Origin: a virus
Taxonomy: Duplodnaviria > Caudoviricetes
IMG/VR virus record: IMGVR_UViG_3300023283_000017
Span: 3,370 to 67,369 of that record
Length of the DNA: 64,000 nt
Direction: 5' to 3' (one strand)
This document shows, in pieces, positions 54,722 through 63,073 of the stretch; position 1 is the first letter of the stretch, and each line of letters begins with the position of its first letter. The position numbers and the translations under genes were made by a program. The notes beneath the pieces were generated by a model. That model worked only from the letters and a program-made list of their open reading frames with translations. It was not told the origin of the DNA and made no database searches.

Positions 54722-55462
54722 TCACATAAGCCGTGGGCCGGGAAGGGCGCGCCGCAAGAACGCAGGCGCGTCCTCTTGTGCGTCGGCTTCGTTTTCGAGC
54801 CAGTCGAAAGCTTCTCCCCATGCGCGGCACAGATCAGACCTGACGGTGTCTGCGTGGTGGAACTCGAGCGCGCCGACCTGCGGTACCAGACCGGCGTCTA
54901 CCGCCTTCAGCGCCCAAGACAGTCCGTTGTCTGCACGGTTCAAGTCGCTTTGCGACGCGTCGCCCGAGATGACGACTTTCGACCGTTCACCAATACGGGT
55001 TAAGAACGCCTTCATCTCGCCGGGCGTTGTGTTCTGCGCCTCGTCTATTACCATGATCGCGTCATCAAAGGTCAACCCGCGGATGTGCTCGAGAGCCTCG
55101 ATCTTGATTGACCCGTCGTTGAGTGCCTGCTCGTAGCGCTTTGCACTCATCTGGCGCTTGAACGCCTCGACAAGCGGACGAGCCCAAGGCGCCATTTTAC
55201 GCGCAGCATCGCCGGGTAGGAAACCCATGGTGCGACCGACAGCAACGGTTGGTCGCGTCAGGACGAGGTTGTGGTACTGCTTGTTAAAGAGCTGCTGACC
55301 TGCCCACGCGCACGCGAGGTAGGTTTTACCCGTGCCAGCGGGACCCACCGCGATGATACACTCGCGCGTGTTGAGAAGGTCTAGATAGGTAGCTTGCTTG
55401 CTCGTGAGTGGCTGAATCTGCGGCGGTGTCCAGTTTCGCTCTTCCTGTCTTTGCTTCCGCAT
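54722..55462 (-). CDS. phoH: PhoH-family ATPase
   Basis: GPAGTGKTYLA, LTRP, GFLPG, RGLTF, DEAQN, GDASQSDL. Confidence 0.93.
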   Translation of the reverse strand: MRKQRQEERNWTPPQIQPLTSKQATYLDLLNTRECIIAVGPAGTGKTYLACAWAGQQLFNKQYHNLVLTRPTVAVGRTMGFLPGDAARKMAPWARPLVEAFKRQMSAKRYEQALNDGSIKIEALEHIRGLTFDDAIMVIDEAQNTTPGEMKAFLTRIGERSKVVISGDASQSDLNRADNGLSWALKAVDAGLVPQVGALEFHHADTVRSDLCRAWGEAFDWLENEADAQEDAPAFLRRALPGPRLM

Positions 55463-55575
55463 CGAGTTACCACCCATAAGCCGCACCTCCTATCCAGACA
55501 CGTGAACGATACGGCGATCTCGGCGACACGTCGAGCAAACTTCGTGCTTGACGTATCACCAAGTGATAGCAGAAG

Positions 55576-56562
55576 TCAGGACCACCGGTTGATGAGGTAG
55601 ATTGTTGCGAGGCCGAACCCGCCTAGAACAGCAGCGCCGATCACCAGGTTCTGAGCCATGGGATCGAGCGAAGTGAGCAGACCAGTTATACCGCCCGACC
55701 CGAGAACGGCCGTTCCACGGCTGAGGATCTTGTCGATCTGATTCTTCTGGTTTGTGCGCTGCTGCTCGTCTTTGGGTGGGTTGACGCGCAGCGACGTGAC
55801 CTCCTCAAGCTTGCGCTGAGTGGAGCCGCCGACGATACCATCCACCTTCAGCTGGTGACTTTCCTGGAACTCGCGAACGGCCTCGAGCGTCTCACGGCCG
55901 AACACACCATCCACTGTGATCTCGTGGCCGGCGTCAACGAGTAGCTCTTGAACCTTCTCGACAGAGCGACCCGAGCGACCGACGCGAAGGAGCGAAGACG
56001 ACGGGTTGCCTCCCGAGTGGCGTCTGTAAGCGCTTTCGATCAGGCCGGCATAGTGGTCGGGTTGGCCCGAGCCATTGTAACCTCGCGCGAACGAGTACCA
56101 GTCCTGCGAGCGAAGATGGGTGTCCAGACCAGAATTAACCACGAAGGCGACGAAGCCGCGCACTTGAGCATCGGCCGACTTCTCGTAGCCACGAACCATA
56201 TTGGTCGCTGACTCGTAGCCCGCAAGCTCGTGGTTGAAACCCATGGTCTGAGGCGCGCCCCAAGACGATGCTTGATAAGCGGCCTCGGCATCCAGGTTCT
56301 CTGCCATCTTGAACATTCGCGCGCGCCGACGCGCGGTCAAGCTCTTTGACGCGCGCCATGGAGCTTGCTTCTCGCGTGGGCTAAACCCGAGCCGATCCCA
56401 ATGCTGCTCCGGGAAGTGGTGCGGCTCGAAGCGCCGAGGAAGGGAGCCGTCTGACTCGTAAAACTTGCCCGCCGCCTCGACTTCGAAAACGGCCTTGATT
56501 GTCGGTATGTCGCAGCCGAGCTGGTCGGCCACTTCTCTCCAGATTGTCGTGCTAGGCGTCAT
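55576..56562 (-). CDS. Endolysin: DUF3380 muramidase, PG-binding domain and C-terminal hydrophobic tail
   Basis: FEVEAAG, RFEPH, SSWGAPQTMGFNH, YNG; DGVFGRET...FQ...DGIVG. Confidence 0.88.
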   Translation of the reverse strand: MTPSTTIWREVADQLGCDIPTIKAVFEVEAAGKFYESDGSLPRRFEPHHFPEQHWDRLGFSPREKQAPWRASKSLTARRRARMFKMAENLDAEAAYQASSWGAPQTMGFNHELAGYESATNMVRGYEKSADAQVRGFVAFVVNSGLDTHLRSQDWYSFARGYNGSGQPDHYAGLIESAYRRHSGGNPSSSLLRVGRSGRSVEKVQELLVDAGHEITVDGVFGRETLEAVREFQESHQLKVDGIVGGSTQRKLEEVTSLRVNPPKDEQQRTNQKNQIDKILSRGTAVLGSGGITGLLTSLDPMAQNLVIGAAVLGGFGLATIYLINRWS

Positions 56563-56565
56563 GGT

Positions 56566-56841
56566 TCACTCCTCGATGATCTCGACTGTGAGGTCACGCT
56601 CTCTTGCCATATTGAGCACAGCTTGCATGAGCTCGAACTCGTTTCTAGCAGGTCGCGTGACTATCTCGGGTTGCACTGTTCGGCTGGGTTCGGCTCTGCG
56701 AGCCTTAGGGAACGAGAAGTCACCTTCGAGCTTCTTCAGCCACGAAGCCGCGTTCGGTGACCCGCCTGACACCAGCACGCCGCCGTTCTTCCATTCCACT
56801 TCTGTCAGGTGGTCGTCTTCAACGATGACTGCGAACGTCAT
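56566..56841 (-). CDS. 91-aa protein after MuF, possible immunity protein
   Basis: ATG overlaps the MuF stop; small. Confidence 0.55.
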   Translation of the reverse strand: MTFAVIVEDDHLTEVEWKNGGVLVSGGSPNAASWLKKLEGDFSFPKARRAEPSRTVQPEIVTRPARNEFELMQAVLNMARERDLTVEIIEE

Positions 56842-59663
56842 GAGCCACTCCCGTCATAGAATCCTTTGGGACGCTCAACGCCCCAAATGTAGTCCATCAG
56901 TTCGAGCATGGCGGGTTGCCGCTTCTTCCACGCGGACAGGAAAAGATCTTGCTCTTCCTCGCTCTTGCCTACCGCTTCACTGAAGTAGTTCTCTGCGCTC
57001 ATGGTGATATATTCGGAGCTGACTTGACCGTCGTCAAATCCATAAAGTCGACCTTCGTAGTTGTTGAACCAGTCACCCAGGAGATAGTCGCCGTCGCCAT
57101 TTGAGTAGCGACCAGTTCCCTTAGCGTCTCGCTTGATGAACTCGTCGCGCGCAGCGGCTGCGAGCCGGTTCAACTTCGGGTCGTCGGTGTTCCAATCCAG
57201 CGAACCTTTGGGACGTGTAGAGCCGCCGGGCTTTGCACCGGGCTTGAAGCGGAATTTGAAATCCAGGGCGTGGAAGATCTCATGCGCGACGATTGAGGAC
57301 GCATCGTTGGGACTGAACACCAGGTTGCCACGAGTGAAGTCGTAGTAGGCTCGCTCGTTCTTCAGCGTGACGTGCTGGACGACGTCCGACACTTCGGAAA
57401 GCACCCAATCGGGTAGCTTCTTCTGGGCACGAACCAGGTTTCTCTCGCCACGAGGGACGGCCTCTGGTCTAACGTCGTCACCTTTGCGCAGCTTGCCATC
57501 CAGCGTGGCACCTGTTTTCCGCTTCAGCTTGTGCTGCGTCGAGGACCTCAGAACGCGCGTCTCAGCTTCGCGGGCTTGCTCTTTCGTGATCAGCCCGCGA
57601 CGGCGCGCGTCCCAGATGGCGTCGAGCGTAGACAGATCGGGTTGATCGCGTGGTCCGGGCTTGGGCGTCGGCGCTGGCTTGGGCGTCGGTGCAGGTTGCG
57701 GCTCGTCAACAAGGTTGTTCTTGGCCAGCTTCTTCTTGAGCGCCGTCATGTATCGCTTGGGCTTGCCACCATCGACCTGGTTGATGGCGACCATCTTCAT
57801 GTCGTTGAGGATCTTGCTGAGCTCTTGACGCGGAACGCGCTTCATGCTCTCCAGGTCGGGCCACTCGTCGAGGCCGAAGTCGCGAGGATCCAATTTCTCG
57901 ACGTTGTTCACATCAGAGAAGAAGTCGTCCGCCGTCTTGCGCGCCGTGCTGAAGTTGGTCAAGTCGAACTCAGGACTGTCGATTATGCGAACAGGGCCTG
58001 CCTGCTTCTCGACGATCTCTGCCTTGACCACGTGCGGCTTGCGCGGGTCCGTCGACTTGATGATGTTCTTGATCTGCAATTTGGTGTTGCGCGGCAGGAC
58101 AATCTCACCCTCGCGCGCACTCTCGCCCAGTTTCCAGCGATGAAGAGCTTTGGTGCCTTTCGGCGCCGTGATCTCGACAAGGATTGACTCGTCGCCGCGC
58201 GTGAAGTCTTCGGCGACCTCGCGTAGCGCACTTGTGGACATGAACCCCTTGTCTGTGATCGAGTCACCCAGCTTGTCGAGCCCCTCTGACACGTCGCGGG
58301 TCCCGACAAAGTCGTCGCCGAACTTGATTCCGCGGTACAGGATGGTGTCCTGATCAAAGGTGAACGTCTTGGCGAGCTCGTCTAGTTGAGCAAGCTCGTC
58401 CGGGCGTCGTCCGTCGCGCAGCGTGCGGTTGATCGACTCGAATTCCATGCCGGTGTAGCGTTGCAGGGCCTTGTCCTGCTCCGGTGCGAGCTCCATCTGC
58501 CGGCCAGCCAGCGACTTGTACTCGTCCAGCGAGGTTATGCGCTGAGGTTCGAGGTTCAAGTGTGGGTCGATGCTCGACTTCTTGCGCAGTTCATCGAGTG
58601 TGAGCAGCTCACCTTTGTCGTTGGTGAACTTGGTGGGCGTGACGCCTTTGTTCTGCCACATATCGTAGCGCGTCGGTCCGAGCACCTCTATCTGGACGTC
58701 TTTCGGCTGGCGCTTAAGCCAGTCGTAGTAGCTCATGTCTGCTGGAACCTGACCGTCCATCGAGGCGCGCGTCGCGGCGGGCAGGTCGTCAACATCGAAC
58801 CCGAGCTCTCGCCACGACTTTGTGACGGCCACCGTTGTCGAGCGGCAATTCGCATGGGCCGGAGGCCGAGCCAAAGGCGGATCTAGCGCCTCTGATCCTT
58901 CCGGTGGTGTCCAGTCGGCATCCGCCGTCACCGGGCCCACACGCGCGTCTCTCTCGCGGCAAATCGGTGTGGTGCGCGTGTCGAGCGTCGCGACCCAGCG
59001 CACGCCCTTGATGATGTCTTGGTTCGCTTCCCAAACACCTTGCCGTCCCTGGTTGGTCGCGTGGTTGATAGACGTCCGAACGAGCGCTTCTGTGCCTCGA
59101 CGTGATACCTGCCGGACGCCGTCCGTGTAGTTCAAGGCTGAACTACCAACGATCTCACGGATAAGGTCGTCGGTCGTCTCACCTGCGGTGATACCATCGA
59201 CGATACGTCTCCAGGTGCGATCTAGGTCGTTGTTGCGGAGCTGAGCGATCCAGTCGTCGAGTCCGGCGCCGTTGAACGGCTTGAGCTGAGCTGTATTCTG
59301 AAGCACGCCTAGGTTGGGCGTCGTCACGTCGAGGCCGGCTGGCATAATGCGACGGAACGCGTCGCTCTCTAGTTCAGCCGCAGCGCCAGCAGCCTCGCTA
59401 ACCGCTGACCTTACGGCAGGACCAAGCTCTTGGTTGTGGATGGAGGTGATGAGCTCACCGACCTGGGTTCGTAGCGCTGACAGCCTCGCTTCTGTGAACC
59501 TACCCGACCCAATGTCGGCGTTTCGCAGCGTTTCTGCCAACCGTCGATCCACGCGGTTGAGTATGCGCAGAGCTTCGCGAGCTTCCCGGTTCTGAAGGCG
59601 TATCCACCGCACCTGCTGCGCGACCTGGAAGTCCATGAACCGCTCGTTGATACTTTGCGCCAT
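56838..59663 (-). CDS. MuF/SPP1-gp7 head morphogenesis protein fused to ADP-ribosyltransferase and HExxH domains
   Basis: WVATLDTRTTPIC, PPAHANCRST (MuF); YRG, STS, EGE (ART); AHEIFH. Confidence 0.88.
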   Translation of the reverse strand: MAQSINERFMDFQVAQQVRWIRLQNREAREALRILNRVDRRLAETLRNADIGSGRFTEARLSALRTQVGELITSIHNQELGPAVRSAVSEAAGAAAELESDAFRRIMPAGLDVTTPNLGVLQNTAQLKPFNGAGLDDWIAQLRNNDLDRTWRRIVDGITAGETTDDLIREIVGSSALNYTDGVRQVSRRGTEALVRTSINHATNQGRQGVWEANQDIIKGVRWVATLDTRTTPICRERDARVGPVTADADWTPPEGSEALDPPLARPPAHANCRSTTVAVTKSWRELGFDVDDLPAATRASMDGQVPADMSYYDWLKRQPKDVQIEVLGPTRYDMWQNKGVTPTKFTNDKGELLTLDELRKKSSIDPHLNLEPQRITSLDEYKSLAGRQMELAPEQDKALQRYTGMEFESINRTLRDGRRPDELAQLDELAKTFTFDQDTILYRGIKFGDDFVGTRDVSEGLDKLGDSITDKGFMSTSALREVAEDFTRGDESILVEITAPKGTKALHRWKLGESAREGEIVLPRNTKLQIKNIIKSTDPRKPHVVKAEIVEKQAGPVRIIDSPEFDLTNFSTARKTADDFFSDVNNVEKLDPRDFGLDEWPDLESMKRVPRQELSKILNDMKMVAINQVDGGKPKRYMTALKKKLAKNNLVDEPQPAPTPKPAPTPKPGPRDQPDLSTLDAIWDARRRGLITKEQAREAETRVLRSSTQHKLKRKTGATLDGKLRKGDDVRPEAVPRGERNLVRAQKKLPDWVLSEVSDVVQHVTLKNERAYYDFTRGNLVFSPNDASSIVAHEIFHALDFKFRFKPGAKPGGSTRPKGSLDWNTDDPKLNRLAAAARDEFIKRDAKGTGRYSNGDGDYLLGDWFNNYEGRLYGFDDGQVSSEYITMSAENYFSEAVGKSEEEQDLFLSAWKKRQPAMLELMDYIWGVERPKGFYDGSGS

Positions 59664-59861
59664 ATTTCTCAGCTTGCTTCTTGCAGTGGTCGATTTCCCG
59701 GCATACCAAGAACATCATAACATCTAGGATGGCGATGACTAGGCGCTTTTCGAGGAGATACATTTCGGCGCAGAGCGTAAGATCGGGTCTTCCACCTAAC
59801 TTTGCGTTTAAACGCATGGACGCCCACGCAAGTCTTGACGGTGCGCGGGCGTCCTTCGTAA

Positions 59862-59903
59862 TCACTTCTTCTTGCCGCCTTTGCGGCCCTTCCTCATCGG
59901 CAT
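59862..59903 (-). CDS. 13-aa basic micro-ORF MPMRKGRKGGKKK
   Basis: AAAGGAG RBS directly after the nrdJ stop. Confidence 0.4.
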   Translation of the reverse strand: MPMRKGRKGGKKK

Positions 59904-59914
59904 GTGCGCTCCTT

Positions 59915-61804
59915 TCACTCGTCGCACGAGCGAGTGCCCGTGCTAGGGTCATAGTAACACGCGCCAGCCTCCACGTCCACTTGTTCTTTTTCGGCTTCGG
60001 GGACCACGTCGTCGAGAGACCGCATGATCCCGAACCGCTTGCCGTCGAGTCGGAAGGTGGTGCAGCCTTTCGCGCCTGACTTCCAGGCCGACAAGTAGAC
60101 ATCCTTGAACTCCTCGAACCCAACCGCGCTGCCGACGTTGATGGTTTTCGAGATCGACGAGTCAACAAACTGCTGCGCCGCGGCATAGACGCGGATATGA
60201 TCTTGGACGGACAGGTCGTCGGCTCGACGACCGCGGACTCCAAATTCACGGACGCCGTAGTCGTCTATCTCGAAGTAGGACTTGCTGACACCGTCCTCGT
60301 TGATGATCTCACGCACCGTCGAGTAGGAGAAAACCGGCTCGATACCCGACGACATATTGTCCGCGGTCAAGGAGATCGTCCCGGTCGGAGCGATAGAAGT
60401 CAAGTGGCTGTTGCGAATGCCGTGGGCACGGATCAGCTTGATCACGTCATCGTCTAGCACACCCGAGTTGACGAACTGGCTGTCCAGGAACCGGCTGTCG
60501 TAAAGCGGAAACGGACCTTTCTCTGCCGCCAGCTTCGCCGACGCTCGGTAGCACTCGTTGACGAGCACGCGGAGGATCTCCGACTGCTTCTTCAGGTATG
60601 CGCCCGAGCCATATGGAAAGCCCATCGCCTCGATGGCGTTCGCCATCCCCGTCACGCCAAGTCCCATACGGCGCTTGTCCTTCGCCTCTTGTTCCTGCTG
60701 CGCGAGAGGATAGACGGCATCGTCGATAACATTGTCCATCATGCGCACAACGCCTGGGATGTCGGCCTTAAACGCCTCGTAGTCGAAGTGGTACTCTCCG
60801 CCCCACTTGCGGATGTACTTCGGAGGCGCGAAGGAGCCGAGAAGGCACGCGCCATAGGGAGGCAGGGGCTGCTCGCCGCAGGGGTTGGTGGCTGCGATAT
60901 GCTCGCAGTAATGGAGATTGTTCATCTGGTTGATCCGGTCGATGAACAGGACGCCGGGTTCGGCCCAGTCCCACGTCGCCGACATGAGCTTGTCCCATAG
61001 GTGCCGCGCCTCGACGCGACGCACCACCTGTCCATCAAAGACGAGGTCGAAGCAGTCGCCATTCTCTACGGCCTCGAGGAACTTGTCGGTAACAGCGACC
61101 GACACGTTGAACGCCGACAGGCGGTTCTGGATCGACACCTTCTGCGCTAGATCGACGATGAAGTCCTCGAGCTCTGAGAATACCGCCAGGCGCGTCCGAC
61201 CTTCCTCGCTTTCGTCCTTCTCGAGTTCGGCGCGCTTCATGGCGAGAAGCATCTTCGCCTTGCCGGTGTCTTCTTCGAGGGCGGTCGTCTTTGCGTCGAT
61301 AAACTCCTCGATGTCTGGATGGTCGACGCGCAGCACAGCCATCTGAGCACCGCGGCGACCGCCGGCAGACCTTACCGTCCTGCAGGACGCGTCATAGATC
61401 TGCATGAAAGAAACAGCGCCCGAGGCCGTCGACCGCAGGCTCTCGATGAAGGCGCCACGCCACCGCAGCGTCGAGAAATCGTAGCCGATGCCTCCACCCA
61501 TGCGCATGGTGAGAAACGCTTCCTTGACCTTGTCGAGGATGCTGCTCGAGTCGTCTTGGATCGTGCCAGAGACGAAGCAGTTGTGCGCGCAGATGTGCAT
61601 GGGCGAGCCGACTGCGCGTTGCACGCGGCCGGCCGGTATGAACAGTTGATGGAGCAGCGTTAGGTAGACGTCGCGACGGTGGTCCTCGCTGTCGGCAAGG
61701 GTGTCCGCTATGCGGGCACACATCGCCTCGAAGGGTTCGTCTGGAGACACCCTATATTTCTGGACGTGCTGATCAATAGAGACAGGGTGGCTCGGGCCAT
61801 ACAT
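59915..61804 (-). CDS. nrdJ: Class II (B12-dependent) ribonucleotide reductase
   Basis: PAGR, NCFV, GGGIG, RRGA, TNPCGEQ, RRMGLG, IAPTGT, C-terminal C...C; no beta-subunit gene seen. Confidence 0.92.
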   Translation of the reverse strand: MYGPSHPVSIDQHVQKYRVSPDEPFEAMCARIADTLADSEDHRRDVYLTLLHQLFIPAGRVQRAVGSPMHICAHNCFVSGTIQDDSSSILDKVKEAFLTMRMGGGIGYDFSTLRWRGAFIESLRSTASGAVSFMQIYDASCRTVRSAGGRRGAQMAVLRVDHPDIEEFIDAKTTALEEDTGKAKMLLAMKRAELEKDESEEGRTRLAVFSELEDFIVDLAQKVSIQNRLSAFNVSVAVTDKFLEAVENGDCFDLVFDGQVVRRVEARHLWDKLMSATWDWAEPGVLFIDRINQMNNLHYCEHIAATNPCGEQPLPPYGACLLGSFAPPKYIRKWGGEYHFDYEAFKADIPGVVRMMDNVIDDAVYPLAQQEQEAKDKRRMGLGVTGMANAIEAMGFPYGSGAYLKKQSEILRVLVNECYRASAKLAAEKGPFPLYDSRFLDSQFVNSGVLDDDVIKLIRAHGIRNSHLTSIAPTGTISLTADNMSSGIEPVFSYSTVREIINEDGVSKSYFEIDDYGVREFGVRGRRADDLSVQDHIRVYAAAQQFVDSSISKTINVGSAVGFEEFKDVYLSAWKSGAKGCTTFRLDGKRFGIMRSLDDVVPEAEKEQVDVEAGACYYDPSTGTRSCDE

Positions 61805-61850
61805 CGACGATTTCTCCTCATTATCTGAAAGCGGTCGAACCGCGTGCCCG

Positions 61851-61884
61851 ACCCATCATGCGCATCCGTGGACAGTAGTGCAAG
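61851..61884 (-). promoter_or_regulatory. Possible nrdJ promoter TTGCAC-N17-CATGAT
   Basis: 17-bp spacing; operator variant CCAACTCGCTTAT nearby at 61903-61915. Confidence 0.45.
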
Positions 61885-61974
61885 CGCTAGTTCAAGGATA
61901 ACCCAACTCGCTTATACTAGAAAAAAGGTCCGGGACTAAGTAAAATTCTACCTAAAGTCTAGCGAAAGAAGGTC

Positions 61975-62009
61975 TTGCAATCTAACCGCGCATGTTATAA
62001 CTTGGTTAT
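61975..62009 (+). promoter_or_regulatory. Promoter TTGCAA-N17-TAACTT with operator ATAACTTGGTTAT (61997-62009)
   Basis: A-rich upstream tract; same architecture as 10821-10855. Confidence 0.75.
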
Positions 62010-62036
62010 ACCAACCAAACAACTGAGATTGAAACA

Positions 62037-62330
62037 ATGACCCATCCCAACGATACGAGCGTCCGCGTCACCGCCATTATCATGGAAGTGAACTCGACGT
62101 GCCACCGGCCCAATCCCAATCCGCTGATGTACTCGGTCCGCGTACCAGGCCACTCGACGCCTGACACACTGGTCGCCAGTGACGTGCTAATCGAAGTGGC
62201 GTTACAGCGCGCCAGTGAACTCGACGTGCCGGCTTGCAAGATCGTCAGCCGCCTGCGCCTAGCGATGGCGTGGGTTGGTGACGACAGCCGCGGCCGATTG
62301 CACCACATTGAGCAATCCGTCTCGCTGTGA
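62037..62330 (+). CDS. Hypothetical protein in a plus-strand island
   Basis: First ORF after the promoter. Confidence 0.6.
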   Translation: MTHPNDTSVRVTAIIMEVNSTCHRPNPNPLMYSVRVPGHSTPDTLVASDVLIEVALQRASELDVPACKIVSRLRLAMAWVGDDSRGRLHHIEQSVSL

Positions 62331-62437
62331 CGATCACTAGGCAGCCTAGCGAGGCTGCCTCGACAACCTCCCGAAGTCTCGCTAAGATGCCTCAAAGAGC
62401 TACCTGCACTTTTACAGCAAGCAAGAGGAACCTGCTT

Positions 62438-62680
62438 ATGTCCATCTCCCCTATCTCGGTGCAAATCTTCAACCGCGACGGAAGCCACGTCGGCGTGGTG
62501 TCGGTCAGCGCGCAAGAGCCCCTTGCGCCTTTGCCCGTCATCGCACGCGCGGCTTACGAGGCGGCTAACGTCAAGGCCGATGAGCACTTCGCCATCTTCC
62601 CTCACGGCGAGCGACTCATTCGCATTGACGGTGTGTCGCCGCGTCCTACCCGCAACCACCAGGCCCGGAGCGAACCGTGA
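62438..62680 (+). CDS. Hypothetical protein (80 aa)
   Basis: GAGG RBS before MSISPI. Confidence 0.55.
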   Translation: MSISPISVQIFNRDGSHVGVVSVSAQEPLAPLPVIARAAYEAANVKADEHFAIFPHGERLIRIDGVSPRPTRNHQARSEP

Positions 62681-62725
62681 ACTTCATTCTACACCTGAGC
62701 CGGGACACGGGTGCCACGAACTAGC

Positions 62726-62971
62726 ATGCGCGTCGTCCACTACATCGGTTTCCGGGGCGATGAATACCCGAGGGCCCGTCGAGTGTTCGGCGGGCCTGCT
62801 TTCATTCACCGAGTGCATGACCTTCGGGCTTACAGGGAAATCGACTGGGATCAAGACCTGGTCGTGTTCGCGAACAAGGAACGCGAGGACGTGGTGCGCG
62901 ACATTAATACGCCGGATGTCGTTGGGTTCGGGTATACCCCAGACGGGTCAGACAGGACAGACGACGTTTAA
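62726..62971 (+). CDS. Hypothetical protein (81 aa)
   Basis: MRVVHYIGFRGDEY...FGGPAFIHR; its stop lies inside CGTTTAAACG. Confidence 0.6.
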   Translation: MRVVHYIGFRGDEYPRARRVFGGPAFIHRVHDLRAYREIDWDQDLVVFANKEREDVVRDINTPDVVGFGYTPDGSDRTDDV

Positions 62972-63073
62972 ACGACCCACAATGTGCTCGGTTGTGAGTG
63001 GGGTGGTTAAAGCAGCCCTGCCGTCACGCCTGAACACAGGACGACCTCAGCGAGCACCGAGCACGCCTAGGCG

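Noticed and set aside
61805-61900. Cobalamin riboswitch upstream of nrdJ
   Set aside because: The leader is too short and has no B12 box
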